Of a stretch of 64,000 bases of DNA, positions 37,658-49,030 are shown in pieces. A program made the translations under genes and the position numbers. Origin of the DNA: an uncultured virus (IMG/VR IMGVR_UViG_2061766007_000995) (Duplodnaviria > Heunggongvirae > Uroviricota > Caudoviricetes). Numbering within the stretch: position 1 is the first letter of the stretch; the number at the start of each line of letters is the position of its first letter. The stretch lies in IMG/VR virus record IMGVR_UViG_2061766007_000995; one strand, given 5' to 3'. Under the pieces are notes generated by a model that saw nothing but the letters and a program-made list of their open reading frames with translations, was not told the DNA's origin and did not search any database.

Positions 37658-38811
37658 TGAAAGCCAAGTTTTCTGATTTCGTGACGGATGCCCAGAATGC
37701 TGGTCTTGAACTCGGCAGGATCTATGACATAGAAGAATGGAATGCAATTACCGAGGGGATGAAAGGCTGGATGATAGGCGCCTGGAAAAAGTCTCCTGAG
37801 GCCCAGCCTTCCATTCGAAACTGCATTGAAGGCTACATGCTCCGCTACATTGCCAGTGGCAAGGTGACGAAACAGGAAGCCTATGCCGTTCTAGACGCTG
37901 TGGCGCCTGGAGCAACGCCTCCCAAGCTTGAAGATGCTGGATATGAAGTCTACATTCCGGATGCTTCTTCTTCCTTTGTTGAGACTGGACGCAACTGGCG
38001 TCTTGTAGACAAGATTGTGTCGGAGAAGAGATTTTTTCCCGTCTACATCTATGGCATCTCTGGTCTTGGCAAGACTTTTCAGATAGAGCAGGCCTGCGCC
38101 AAGCATAAAAGGCCATTCTTTCGCGTACAGGTGACTAAGGATTCCACTTCGGAAGACCTTGTTGGCTCCTATTCTCTCATAGATGGCAATACTGTTTGGG
38201 TTGATGGTCCCATTCTGAAGGCCTATCGCTCTGGTGGAATACTGCTTCTCGATGAAATTGACCTCAATCCTTCATTGATGGTTCTGCAGGGAGTGCTTGA
38301 AAACAAGCCTCTCTATGTCTTTCAGACTGGAGAGCTTGTGAAGCCTGCGCCTGGATTTCAGGTTTTTGCCACTGGAAACACGAAGGGAGATGGCTCTTCC
38401 TATGAGTATGTCGGCACCACGACCTTGAACAAGGCCTTTCTGGAACGCTTTGACTGGATCATTGAGCAGAAGATTCCTTCAATCAAGACTGAAAGTCGTA
38501 TCATTAAACGCTGGCTGAAGGTGATGAACATCGAAATGCCTGAAGCACTGCTGGAGACTTTCTTCAAGTTCATTGACATCGTCTGGAAGTCCTGGCAGTC
38601 TGGAGATGGTTCCATCTTCCTTTCCACCAGACGCATTCAGTCCATAATCAAGGGATGGACTGTCTGTGAATCCATTGAATACGCAATTGAGCTGGCTCTG
38701 GCACACTATTCGGATGAAGAGGCCAAGGCACTTGTCAACGCCTGGAAGGCCATTGCTCCAGCAGAAAAACCTGTGCCTGATGATGAGCAGACGCTTGACA
38801 AAAACGCCTAG
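37658..38811 (+). CDS. CobS/MoxR-like AAA+ ATPase (5' end in gap)
   Basis: FFPVYIYGISGLGKT, DLVG, VWVDGP, LLLDEID, GFQVFATGNTKG.G, LNKAFLERF, STRR. Confidence 0.88.
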
Positions 38812-38823
38812 ATAGGCTAGTTT
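38795..38823 (+). promoter_or_regulatory. sigma70-type promoter TTGACA-N17-TAGTTT
   Basis: Consensus and spacing. Confidence 0.55.
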
Positions 38824-38860
38824 CTTTCCTGTCTGGCAGGAGCCGGCAAAGGAGCAACCA

Positions 38861-41350
38861 TTGTTTGATGAAGCGAAGCGTTGGGAGACCTACTCCACCA
38901 TTCTGGCCACCAAGGGCATAGAAGTCGTCTATTCTCCAGACGCTCCTACGGCCAGCTACAATCTTGCAACCAGACAGATTGTTCTTCCCATGTGGGACTG
39001 TCTCGATGAAGCAACTACGCAGGCGCTTGCAAGTCATGAAATTGGACATGCCAAGTTCTCAAACTATGACGTGGACAACTTCAAGGAACTGGTTGAACGC
39101 TACAAGGACCTCTTCAATGTAGTTGAAGACGCCCGCATTGAACGTTTAATGAAGAAGGAGTTTCAGGGACTTGAAGCGATATTCAAGGAGGGATACTCCA
39201 ATCTGGCAACGGCGAAAGTCTTTCCTCTGGATGGCATTGAAGATGCAAATCTTGTGGAAAGACTCAACATCTTTGCAAAGTTTGGCTTCATGGTTGAAGT
39301 TCCCTTCAGAAATCAGATGGAGTCGGCCTTTGCATACAGGCTTTTGAACCTTTCCACCAAGGCCGATGTCATTGATCTCTGTGAAGACATTCTGGACTAT
39401 CTCAAGGCCAGAAGTCTTGAAGTCAATCTTCAAATGCAGAAGTCGCAGGCCGAGGATGCTGATGAAGCTAGCGGCGATGAAGCGGAAGAGGATGAAGGCG
39501 AAAATGGTTTTGGCGTGAATGATGAAGCTGATTCNNNNNNNNNNATTGAAGTTCCTTTCAGAAACAACAGGGAGTCGGCCTTTGCATATCGGCTTCTGAA
39601 TCTTTCCACCAAGGCTGATGTCATTAATCTTTGTGAAGATGTTCTGGAATATCTCAAGGAAAGAAGTCTAGAAGTCAATCTTCAAATGCAGAAGACGCTT
39701 GATGAATGTTCTGATGATGATTCTGAATCTGGTGAAGATGAAAGCAGAGATGAAGAGATGTCCGATGATGGGGTCTCTACTGAAGATAATTTCAGTCAAA
39801 GCGGCAGTGAATCTGATGATGCTTCTGGAGAGGGGTCTAGGAGCGGTCAGGATGACGAGGAGGCGTCTGGCTTAGATGACCTAGGGGAAGAGTTGACGGA
39901 CAGCAGGATGCACGTCCTGGAGCGTTCCCTGCGTGAACGCTTCAAGAGAGAGCATGTCATGCCAAATGGCATGGTGATTCAGCCGCTGGTTCTCTTCTCA
40001 AAAGAGATTCTAGACATTTGCTATGAAGACCTCTCTGCTGGTGGTGGTCCGGCCTGGCGCAAGATCAATGGCAAGGACATCAAAGCAAAATCCAGGAAAA
40101 ACAAGGAGATAATAGAAAAGTGCGCTGCTGAAATGGCTTCAATCTTTGATCAGAAGAAGAGCGCCATCGAAAACGCCAGCAGAAAAAGACTGCATAGTGG
40201 TCGTCTTGATACGAAAAAACTGGCTAGGCATAGCGTTTCCGATGCCATATTCAAGATGACTGAACGTCTTGCCGAGGGAAAAAGCCATGGAGTTGTTTTG
40301 CTTCTGGACTGTTCTGAATCCATGACCAGAAACAAAAACGTTCAGACTGCTTCCTGCATTCAGGCTGGAATACTTGGACGCTTCTGTCAGATGGCTGNNN
40401 NNNNNNNCCAGATTGCTTCCTGCATTCAGGCTGGAATACTTGGACGCTTCTGTCAGATGGCTGGAATTCCGTTCAGCATTCTGATATTTGGAGCAAACAC
40501 CTACTATGGATGGAGTTCCTTGACCGAAAAGACCGTATTCAAGGTTGCTGATTCTTCAACCTTTGATTTGGACTTCTTTCTCGCGTTGAGTGAAATCAAC
40601 TCTTCAATGGTTCTGAACGTCAGGAGCGCCAATGGAGAAAGATGCTCCTTAAGGTATGGTGGATGCACTCCAATCATTCAGGCCATGATGGCGGCGAGAA
40701 ATGAAGTGCTGAACATGCGTTCATCTGGCATTGAAAAGGTTTCGGTCATTGTATCCACAGATGGAGCATACACCAAGGAAGTGTATACCCGCTATGGACG
40801 AGTGGACTTCAGAATTGGCATAACCCACATGCTTCTGGATGGAAAGTCCTTTGACGTAAAGGACTTTGCCGACATTAGTCAAAACAGGGCCAAAAGCGTC
40901 CATGACTGGGGATTTGAATTAATTGCTGGATATCTTAAAAAGGAGACTGGTGCATCAATCATATTTTCGTCCATTGCTTCAGAGTACCATCTTTTAAATT
41001 CAAGACGCTACTGGAAGGAAATAGCGGAAAGAAATGCAAATGGGCAGTCCACGCATGACATGCATCGTGGCACCTATTTTGAGCCATACTACTTCAAGCG
41101 GATGTTTCTTCTGAATCAGTCAAATGATACGAATTTTGACCGGCCGTGCATTGCAAGACGGTTGAAGGGAGATGCGCTGATAGACCAGTACATCATGATG
41201 AATTCGGACCTAATGGTTCCTGAAAAGACTGCATCAAAGGACTTCAAGGGTCTTGACAGCGAAGGTCTAGTTCAGAAGGTTGGATCCGTTGGTCGCATTC
41301 TTGCTTCATACAAGGCCTTTGCTAGGGCGTTTGTTGAATTTTTCTCCTAG
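38861..41350 (+). CDS. CobT-like protein: HExxH metallopeptidase domain, acidic linker, vWA domain (gap-interrupted)
   Basis: SHEIGHA, NVVEDARIE, SGRLD..KL, HGVVLLLDCSESM, GCTP, STDG. Confidence 0.8.
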   Translation: MFDEAKRWETYSTILATKGIEVVYSPDAPTASYNLATRQIVLPMWDCLDEATTQALASHEIGHAKFSNYDVDNFKELVERYKDLFNVVEDARIERLMKKEFQGLEAIFKEGYSNLATAKVFPLDGIEDANLVERLNIFAKFGFMVEVPFRNQMESAFAYRLLNLSTKADVIDLCEDILDYLKARSLEVNLQMQKSQAEDADEASGDEAEEDEGENGFGVNDEADXXXXIEVPFRNNRESAFAYRLLNLSTKADVINLCEDVLEYLKERSLEVNLQMQKTLDECSDDDSESGEDESRDEEMSDDGVSTEDNFSQSGSESDDASGEGSRSGQDDEEASGLDDLGEELTDSRMHVLERSLRERFKREHVMPNGMVIQPLVLFSKEILDICYEDLSAGGGPAWRKINGKDIKAKSRKNKEIIEKCAAEMASIFDQKKSAIENASRKRLHSGRLDTKKLARHSVSDAIFKMTERLAEGKSHGVVLLLDCSESMTRNKNVQTASCIQAGILGRFCQMAXXXXQIASCIQAGILGRFCQMAGIPFSILIFGANTYYGWSSLTEKTVFKVADSSTFDLDFFLALSEINSSMVLNVRSANGERCSLRYGGCTPIIQAMMAARNEVLNMRSSGIEKVSVIVSTDGAYTKEVYTRYGRVDFRIGITHMLLDGKSFDVKDFADISQNRAKSVHDWGFELIAGYLKKETGASIIFSSIASEYHLLNSRRYWKEIAERNANGQSTHDMHRGTYFEPYYFKRMFLLNQSNDTNFDRPCIARRLKGDALIDQYIMMNSDLMVPEKTASKDFKGLDSEGLVQKVGSVGRILASYKAFARAFVEFFS

Positions 41351-41356
41351 CAGACG

Positions 41357-41385
41357 TTGACAGAAAAGGACCTTTAGCGTAGAAT
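41357..41385 (+). promoter_or_regulatory. sigma70-type promoter TTGACA-N17-TAGAAT
   Basis: Near-perfect consensus. Confidence 0.7.
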
Positions 41386-41446
41386 AAAACTATAAATTGA
41401 TATTGAGGACACATTGCCTGTGTCCGCATTCAAGGAGGCTGCAAAC

Positions 41447-42151
41447 ATGAAAATTTCTGAAGACACTTTAAAGATGCTTAAATGGATGGCTAGCGTCAAT
41501 GGCGGTATTAAGATTGATCCTGGCAATGAACTTTATTCAAAGGCCGAATCGCAGGCCATGGCCTGCAAATGTGTAATACACGAAACGTTTGAACAGTCAT
41601 TTGTCACTACAAACCTAGCCAAGTTTCTTTCTCTAGTTGATCTGGTTGATGATCCAGATTTTGAATTTCAGGAAGATTCCGTCATCATTACTTCTGGCGA
41701 TGGAAAGAACAAGATTCGCTTCCTGCAGTCCAATCCGGCTCTTGTCAGCCAGTCCAACAAAATTCCGAAAGATCAGCCAGACGTTGCAATTGAATTTACC
41801 CTTGCCGCGGCAGATCTTCAAAAAGTATTCAATTCAGCAAAGGTTCTCTGCGTATCGGACATTACGCTTCATACAAAGAATGGAAGCATTTTCATGACTG
41901 TTTCCAACAAGTCCATGAACAGTTCTTCGGACTATGTGGACATAAAGGTCGGAGACGCCAAAGATCCTGATCTTGAAGTCTCTTTTGCCTTCAAAAAGCA
42001 GAATCTCAAGCTGATGCTTGAATACAACTACAACGTGACGGTATATAACGTAGGCCTGGCCAAGTTTGTTGCAAGCTTTGACAAGTCCAGTGGTGAAAAG
42101 CCTTATGAAGACTTTCAGGTGTTTGTTGTTACCACTCCAGAAACCAACTAG
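41447..42151 (+). CDS. 45: T4-like sliding clamp gp45
   Basis: MKISEDTLKMLK..ASVNGGI....G..L; L.KFLS...L...P.F.F; F.FK..NLKL....YNV. Confidence 0.82.
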   Translation: MKISEDTLKMLKWMASVNGGIKIDPGNELYSKAESQAMACKCVIHETFEQSFVTTNLAKFLSLVDLVDDPDFEFQEDSVIITSGDGKNKIRFLQSNPALVSQSNKIPKDQPDVAIEFTLAAADLQKVFNSAKVLCVSDITLHTKNGSIFMTVSNKSMNSSSDYVDIKVGDAKDPDLEVSFAFKKQNLKLMLEYNYNVTVYNVGLAKFVASFDKSSGEKPYEDFQVFVVTTPETN

Positions 42152-42162
42152 GGAGAATCCTT

Positions 42163-42471
42163 ATGCATAAGCTGGCTTTCATTTCACAGCCTATGAAGGG
42201 AAAAACCAAAGAGAAAATTCGTGAAGAGCGACAGGCTATTGCAGAAAAGCTAATGGAAATGGGATACGAAACTGTTGATTCCGTATTCTCAGATTTTCCT
42301 TCGGTAGAAGATGAATATAAAAGCGTCTCCTTGGCCTATCTGGCCAAGTCATTGAACCTGCTTGCCAAATGCGATGGAGTTGCATTTGCTCCTGGATGGG
42401 CCAATGCAAGGGGATGTAAAATAGAGCATGACTGTGCCGAAGCATATGGCATTCCAGTTCTGTTTGACTAG
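42163..42471 (+). CDS. DUF4406 / nucleoside deoxyribosyltransferase-like protein
   Basis: FISQPMKG...L..CD...F.PGW..ARGC.IEH..A..YG. Confidence 0.75.
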   Translation: MHKLAFISQPMKGKTKEKIREERQAIAEKLMEMGYETVDSVFSDFPSVEDEYKSVSLAYLAKSLNLLAKCDGVAFAPGWANARGCKIEHDCAEAYGIPVLFD

Positions 42472-42604
42472 TGGAGTTGCAAATGAATACTGCTCTTTTT
42501 GACACCTGCGCTGTCTGGTGCGCCCTGTTCTGGCAGTGGTTGGTTCAGTCCGAGCATTGGATTGAAGCAAAAATATTTGAATTTATGAAAAAAATCTAGC
42601 AAAG

Positions 42605-42630
42605 AAAAGGCGGGCATTGCCCGCCTTTTT
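42605..42630. terminator. bidirectional intrinsic terminator
   Basis: AAAAGGCGGGC/GCCCGCCTTTT between convergent genes. Confidence 0.75.
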
Positions 42631-42635
42631 TAATT

Positions 42636-44006
42636 TTATAACAAGTCAACAACAGCCCTGTCCAGTCCAGGAACAATATGCGAATTATGCTTTTGTTCCA
42701 GGAATAGACGATCTCCGAATTGATAGACTTTAATCATCAATGTTTCTCCATCGGCATATCCCCATGATGGAGCTTCTTCTGCGTTCATCCAGACAATATT
42801 GTCTGGCCAGGAAAGCACTGAATTTGAAGTCAATGAAAGAAATAGAATATTCTTTTCGGAATATTCAGAGCGTCCTGAAACCGAAGCATTTCCTGGAATA
42901 AATTCAATTGAAGTTGGACCAGCTATTTCTATGCGTTCAGCCTTTTCGGAAGACATGTTGATTCTGCATACTGAAGAAAGCGTACTTTCCGCCGCACTTT
43001 CCAGCATGGTCTCTCTTGCTGTAATTGTCCAGTTTATAATGCCACTGTTTGAGATTGGATTCTGAACAAATGAAATCGTGTCTCCCTTTCCTAAAATGAC
43101 AGGAAGTGTGGAATTGTTGATTGTGTATCCATCTGGAGCGAGAACTGTCAACAAGTGTTCGGATTCGTTTGATACTGAAATTTTAAAATGTGGCCTGCAG
43201 TTTTGCAGACTTAATGTTGAATTTTCCGAAGCATCTCTGAATACATAGGCACCATACTGAAGCTTTGAAGAATCTACAGCAGTATCTTCACTGAAAAAGC
43301 ACGTTTCAAGTCCAACAAGCTTGTCATCAATTTCTTCGATGGCCTCTTCAACCGAATCCATTCGGTTTTCAAGCTCATTTATTTCTTCATCATTGGCATC
43401 TATTCTTCTGCTTAATGTGTCAAATCTTGTATTGATGTCAAAGCTGTCAACATAGGCCACACTGTCATCATATGCAGACTGTACGGCAGATGGAGTCGCC
43501 GCATATCCATCATCTATGCCGTGCAATGGAGATCTGGTTTCTGAAAGTCTAAGATGTCCATAAAGTATTCCATTGCCTTTTCCATATGTTTCATCCGATG
43601 AAGCATGATAGATCGGAGCCTTTCCTGCAACAGCTTCATTCAGTTCATCTATCTGCTCCTGCATGTCAATTCTAAGATCCTGCAGGCTGGCATAGAAGGC
43701 TTCTTCCAGAGCATCTATTCTGTTTGTAATTGTAGCGAATACGGCATGTATTGCTTTTGGAGTTGCGGCTATGCCCTTTGTAGCATCTAAAGATTCATCA
43801 TCTTCATCGGTCAGCTTCAAATGGCCATACATGAGTGGCGTTCCTACTCCATACATTGTTCCTTCCGTTGCATGGGCAATCGGCGCCTTTGTTTCTAGAA
43901 TGTCATAGATTTCAAGTTCTTCATCTATGATGCCATTGATTTCTTCCAGCCAGACGCGGAAAATGGTGGAATTTGTAAGATGCTGTGGAACGGTCAGTTT
44001 AGACAT
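42636..44006 (-). CDS. tail-fibre-like virion protein
   Basis: Two KAPI.HA....YG.G....YGHL.L......ATP.A repeats, coiled coil, C-terminal module shared with 1814 and 6492; TAAATA at 44026-44031. Confidence 0.7.
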   Translation of the reverse strand: MSKLTVPQHLTNSTIFRVWLEEINGIIDEELEIYDILETKAPIAHATEGTMYGVGTPLMYGHLKLTDEDDESLDATKGIAATPKAIHAVFATITNRIDALEEAFYASLQDLRIDMQEQIDELNEAVAGKAPIYHASSDETYGKGNGILYGHLRLSETRSPLHGIDDGYAATPSAVQSAYDDSVAYVDSFDINTRFDTLSRRIDANDEEINELENRMDSVEEAIEEIDDKLVGLETCFFSEDTAVDSSKLQYGAYVFRDASENSTLSLQNCRPHFKISVSNESEHLLTVLAPDGYTINNSTLPVILGKGDTISFVQNPISNSGIINWTITARETMLESAAESTLSSVCRINMSSEKAERIEIAGPTSIEFIPGNASVSGRSEYSEKNILFLSLTSNSVLSWPDNIVWMNAEEAPSWGYADGETLMIKVYQFGDRLFLEQKHNSHIVPGLDRAVVDLL

Positions 44007-44060
44007 TGGCTATAGGTTGACAAGATATTTACAAACGTGTCGAAAGGGCAGATTTTTCGC

Positions 44061-44089
44061 TTGACAGACGAGAGAACCTTTGATAGGTT
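44061..44089 (+). promoter_or_regulatory. sigma70-type promoter TTGACA-N17-TAGGTT with extended TG
   Basis: Consensus and spacing. Confidence 0.6.
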
Positions 44090-44139
44090 GTTTCTGTCAA
44101 CGGGGGCAGAGGCTTTCTCAACGCTTGAAGGAGCAAGTC

Positions 44140-44641
44140 ATGACTATCAAGGAATTCTATGAAGCTGGTGGTCCCATGGTGAGCGAATCCACCTATGAAC
44201 ATATAGAAGACATCTATACGGCCTACAACAGGTTCAAGGACAAGATTCAGATAGCCAATTTCTGNNNNNNNNNNACCTTCTCAACGCTTGAAGGAGCAAG
44301 TCATGACTATCAAGGAATTCTATGAATCTGGTGGTCCCATGGTGAGCGAATCCACCTATGAACATATAGAAGACATTTATACGGCCTACAACAGGTTCAA
44401 GGACAAGATTCAGATAGCCAATTTCTGCCGTGAACATGGAGCGGAAGGAATTAAGGCCTTAATGGAGCCTCTTGAAGAGTATCGCGCCCTGAAAAGGGAG
44501 GACGAGGACATTCAGGAGGAGATTGCTGAACTTCGCGAAAAGATTCAGAAACTGAAGGAACAGCGGGAAAGCATTCTCATTAAGAAAAACAGGCTTGCAC
44601 TGCGGTGCGATCTTTCCTGCCACTGGATGCAGTGGTCATAG
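44140..44641 (+). CDS. hypothetical coiled-coil protein (allelic duplicate across gap)
   Basis: MTIKEFYE.GG...YEHIEDIY; AGGAG RBS. Confidence 0.65.
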
Positions 44642-44650
44642 GCTTTTCGC

Positions 44651-44679
44651 TTGACAGGTCTTGTCGGTTCTGCTAGTCT
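44651..44679 (+). promoter_or_regulatory. sigma70-type promoter TTGACA-N17-TAGTCT with extended TG
   Basis: Consensus; conserved in the inverted allelic copy. Confidence 0.65.
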
Positions 44680-44731
44680 TGAAGCGTCAAGAGAGCCTCA
44701 TGGCTCTCTGTAGAGGACAAAGGAGGCAGTG

Positions 44732-45445
44732 ATGTCTATGCTGGAAAACAATCGCAAGGTGGCCGCCNNNNNNNNNNCTTGCCGCTAGTCTCATCAAAGT
44801 CAAACCAGACACCCTTGTAGGTACCTGCAAACCATTCATTGCCATCTCTGGCGGCCACCTTGCGATTGTTTTCCAGCATAGACATCACTGCCTCCTTTGC
44901 CCTTTACAGAGAGCCTCATGGCTCTCTTGACGATTAAAGACTAGCAGAACCGACAAGACCTGTCAAGCGAAAAGTCTATGACCACTGCATCCAGTGACAG
45001 GAAAGATCGCACCGAAGTGCAAGCCTGTTTTTCTTAACGAGAATGCTTTCCCGCTGTTCCTTCAGTTCCTGAATCTTTTCCCGAAGTTCAGCAATCTCTT
45101 GCTGAATGTCCTCATCCTTCCTTTTCAGGGCGCGATACTCTTCAAGAGGCTCAATTAAGGCCTTAATTCCTTCCGCTCCATGTTCGCGGCAGAAATTGGC
45201 TATCTGAATCTTGTCCTTGAACCTGTTGTAGGCCGTNNNNNNNNNNGTGGTTTGCAGGTATCTACAAGGGTGTCTGGTTTGACTTTGATGAGACTAGCGG
45301 CAATGTCATTCTCAAGCACAAGGTGGCCAGAGGAAATCGCGAATACATATGTGCAGTCGTTGATGAGGTAGTGCCTATTGAGGACTATGAGGGTCCTCTT
45401 TCCCATGATTCCTACTACGATGATGCAGTTCTCTATGATTTTTAG
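44732..45445 (+). CDS. small hypothetical protein split by a mis-scaffolded inverted allele
   Basis: MSMLENNRKVAA, gap, WFAGIYKGVWFDFDETSGNVILKHKVARGNREY...DF*; bridging sequence is visible in the inverted copy 44778-45236. Confidence 0.55.
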
Positions 45446-45461
45446 CAAAGGAGAAAGAAAT

Positions 45462-45881
45462 ATGGAGTTTCAGAAAGGGCAGGTTGTTCTCGCAATGATT
45501 GACGACGGCGAATGGGTTGTCGGCATATACAATGGTGTTGAGATGGACGTTGAAGGAAGCGCCGTTGTGAATGTGGCCTGCGGCACCAGAAACATTAAGG
45601 CCAAAAAGGTGAAGCCTGTTCAGGAGGCCTATCCCAAAGCCAATCTTGGTGGCTCAATTCAGCCCCGCTATCCGATTGGGACGAATGTCTGGTACGTCAA
45701 CACCAATGGAAAGCTTCACAAGGCCTATGTGACGGCTGTTGAGCCTACAGCATACATCTATCGTCTTCTGGATGACAAGGAAGTGGTCGATTCCATGTCT
45801 GAAATGCAGCTTGTCATTGCAGTTGATCAGGCCATGAATGACTACGCAGAAGAGATAGAGAAACGAGAAAACGGAAAATAG
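45462..45881 (+). CDS. hypothetical protein (two SH3/Tudor-like modules)
   Basis: AGGAG RBS; FQKGQVV...W..G and YPIGTNVWY. Confidence 0.65.
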   Translation: MEFQKGQVVLAMIDDGEWVVGIYNGVEMDVEGSAVVNVACGTRNIKAKKVKPVQEAYPKANLGGSIQPRYPIGTNVWYVNTNGKLHKAYVTAVEPTAYIYRLLDDKEVVDSMSEMQLVIAVDQAMNDYAEEIEKRENGK

Positions 45882-45887
45882 AAGGCA

Positions 45888-45921
45888 ATGCAAAGGGGAG
45901 ATCTTAGTCTCCCCTTTGCAT
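45888..45921. terminator. bidirectional intrinsic terminator
   Basis: ATGCAAAGGGGAGA/TCTCCCCTTTGCAT. Confidence 0.75.
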
Positions 45922-45927
45922 ATTATT

Positions 45928-48900
45928 TTAGATTTGTGTTTGCTTTGTACAATTAATTTTAGATTCCATTTCAACTAAACGTTCTTCAAGAAGTTTTATC
46001 TTTTTACGAAGATAAAGTGCTTCAAATGCAAGAGCTTCATTATAATTCAAATGCCATTTGTCTACGGCTTCCTGTTGCTGTGAGATAAGATTTCCATTTT
46101 CATCATATTGTGCTGGAATCGTTTCACGAAATTCATGTACTGTAATTCCATATTTTTTTATGTCAATTCCATGTTTTTCATATAACTCATGTAAATCCTG
46201 TACAACAAGTCCAGTGTGTATTTTTGCATCTTCATTTTTTTCAGAAACTTCTTTCTTGAATAAAAACTGAATCCAATGAACATTTCCCCAAATATCAATT
46301 ATATCATCTGATACATCTTTAAAATTCTGTTTTAATCTTCTATCACTCTCAGGTGATGTAGTAGCTGCAGATATAACAGCACGCCATTGTCCATCACCAG
46401 CTAAATACCAGTCCCAATAATTCCTGCCGTTAGGTGCTGGAACAAGACCATTAGTAGTGTTATTAAACACACCATATGATGGTGTGTTTGCACTTGGATT
46501 ATTCACCCATTTTGCCGTTCCATCGGCNNNNNNNNNNCGTTGAGCCTACAGCATACACCTATCGTCTTCTGGATGACAAGGAAGTGGTTGATTCCATGTC
46601 TGAAATGCAGCTTGTCATTGCAGTTGATCAGGCCATGAANNNNNNNNNNNNNNNNNNNNNNNNNNNNNNNNNNNNNNNNNNNNNNNNNNNNNNNNNNTGT
46701 TGTCCTGCTGTGTGAATGTACCTGTAGTTCCATCAAGACATGTGTAGGTGAATGTAGTTCCATTTCTGGTAATTCCCTTGATGGCTTTGCTTTGATCTAT
46801 ATTGACTACATTGCTTATTCCTAGAACGCTTTTTGCGTTTGCTACGGATGCATATCCACCTTTACCCCAGGAATCCGTTATCACAAGAAAATGCTGGGCG
46901 CTTGTACCAACGTTTTCGTTCGTTAGATTTTTCAATGCGCCGAGTCGAGATGTGGCGCCAGTGCCACCATTGGCAATTGCAACAGTTCCAGTGACATTAG
47001 CAGACGTTCCAGAGCAGTTTCCTGTGACATTGCCAGTAAGTGATCCATTGAATGTAGTGGCTGTNNNNNNNNNNTCCTGTGACATTTCCTGTGACATTGC
47101 CAGTAATGCTGGCCTTAATTGTTCCAGGAAGCTTCAATGTAGCGTTTCCAGCTCCATTGATAGACACTGCCGCACCAGTATTGGTTCCATCGGAATCAGA
47201 AATGTATATGTTTCTTGCAGTTCCCCAACTGGAAGTTGTAATGTTCCCGGAACCATCAAAGCTTGTCCCATTGATTGTTACTGAATTTTTAAGCTTTGAA
47301 GCTGTATCCGCATTTCCCTTGCAGGGACCATAAAATGTTCCAGTAACGTCTCCGTTCAANNNNNNNNNNAGTTAGATTTTTCAATGCGGCGAGTCGAGTT
47401 GTTGCACTAGTGCCACCATTGGCGATTGCAACAGTTCCAGTAACATTAGCAGACGTTCCAGAACAGTTTCCTGTGACATTGCCAGTAAGTGATCCATTGA
47501 ATGTAGTGGCTGTTACAACCTTTCCTGTAGTAATGGTAACATTGTTTATGCTCAATGTGCCACTGGCCGATTCAATTATTCTGGAAGTATAATCTGCTGT
47601 GCTTTGATTATAGTGGAAGTCCAGATAGCCACCATTGTTTGATGTAGTTGCTACTGGCTTGAACTCAATTGATGGTGTTCCTGAAATAGTTCCAGTTATT
47701 GCGGCCGAACCATCAAAGTTGTTTCCCCACAAACTTCTTGCAGTTTCCAGTTTAGTTGCTGTAGATGCATTGCCAGTAATGCTGGCCTTAATTGTTCCTG
47801 GAAGCTTCAATGTAGCGTTTCCGGCTCCATTGACAGACACTGCCGCACCAGTATTGGTTCCATCTGAATCAGAGATATAGATGTTTCTTGCTGTTCCCCA
47901 ACTGGAAGTTGTAATGTTGTCAGAACCATCAAAGCTTGTCCCATTGATTGTTACTGAATTTTTAAGTTTCGATGCTGTATCTGCATTTCCCTTGCAGGGA
48001 CCATAAAATGTTCCAGTAACGTCTCCGTTCAAGTTTCCTGTCAGATTTCCAACAAATTCCGTTGCAGTGACTTTTGAAAGACCAGACATTTCGCCGGCGC
48101 TGTTCAATGTGACTGTCTTGGCATTGGACCATGTATTTCCATTTGGCTTGAAATAGATGTTTCCATCCGAAACTAGATAGAGGTTTTCGCCTGCATTTCC
48201 TGCCAGTTCATTCAATTGGGCCGTGCAGGACTCTCCAGCGCCAAGAACAGTGTTTCCAGAGCCGCCAACGCCAAGATTGATGCCATATCCAGCGTTGTCT
48301 GAATTGGCATGAAGAACCTGCGCCGTTCTTGTCGTTGTTGAATCTGTATCTTTTACAGTCATGTCCAGTCCAACCTGATTGAGAACTGGCTTTGCTGAAA
48401 ATGTCTTTGCTCCAGTGATATTCTGTGCTGTAGCTAGGGTGACGTATGTTGCAGTGATTGTGTTGCCTGCTCCATCCTTTCCGGCCTGAATGTTGGCTAT
48501 TGTTGTCTGACCTGTACCACCATTGGCCACTGGAAGAACCCCAAGCTTGCTGAATCCATCTGCATTCATGCTTTGAAAGCTAATTCTTAGCTTTCCATCT
48601 GTAACGTCTGCAATAATTCCTCCACCACTGTCGCATAGAGGAACAATGTCTGATGGCTGCAGCTTGGAAAAGTCGACATCTATCTTTCCACTTGTGGGAT
48701 CTATGGAAATGGCGCTGTTTGGTTCAACAATTGCACCTGCAATTTCCTTTACCTTGCTGTTTGGAATGTTGGAAAAATTAACATATCCTTTTTTTGTTGC
48801 ATCATTCCATCCAAGACCACCTTCGCTGGAAGTAAAGGCATTCTGAAGTTTATTGTCTGATCTTATTTCAGCTTCTTCTATTGCATTTGCAATTGCGTAG

Positions 48901-49028
48901 TTTGCTACTGGCTGCACCGAAGATCTAGTTATCCAGTCTACTTCCTGATCACATAGAATTTCTGGATACACTTCCATGAGATTTCCATAACGATCTCTGG
49001 AAATAAGTTTTCCACATTTGACTTCCAT
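45928..49028 (-). CDS. long tail fibre with C-terminal S74-type intramolecular chaperone (fragmented by gaps)
   Basis: V.VANGGTG, ITGAKTF, GNA.TA.KL...R.I.G..FDGS..I repeats, YLDFHYN....DYTSRI; C-terminal SDRRLKQN...coiled coil. Confidence 0.8.
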
Positions 49029-49030
49029 TG

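Noticed and set aside
37018..38811. LicD-AAA+ fusion in the ORF track
   Set aside because: Joined only through a ~560-N gap
44778..45236. Inverted copy of ~44380-44770, suggesting an invertible segment
   Set aside because: Bounded by 10-N gaps on both sides, differs by SNPs like the other allelic duplicates, and no invertase is present in the window; most likely a mis-oriented haplotig
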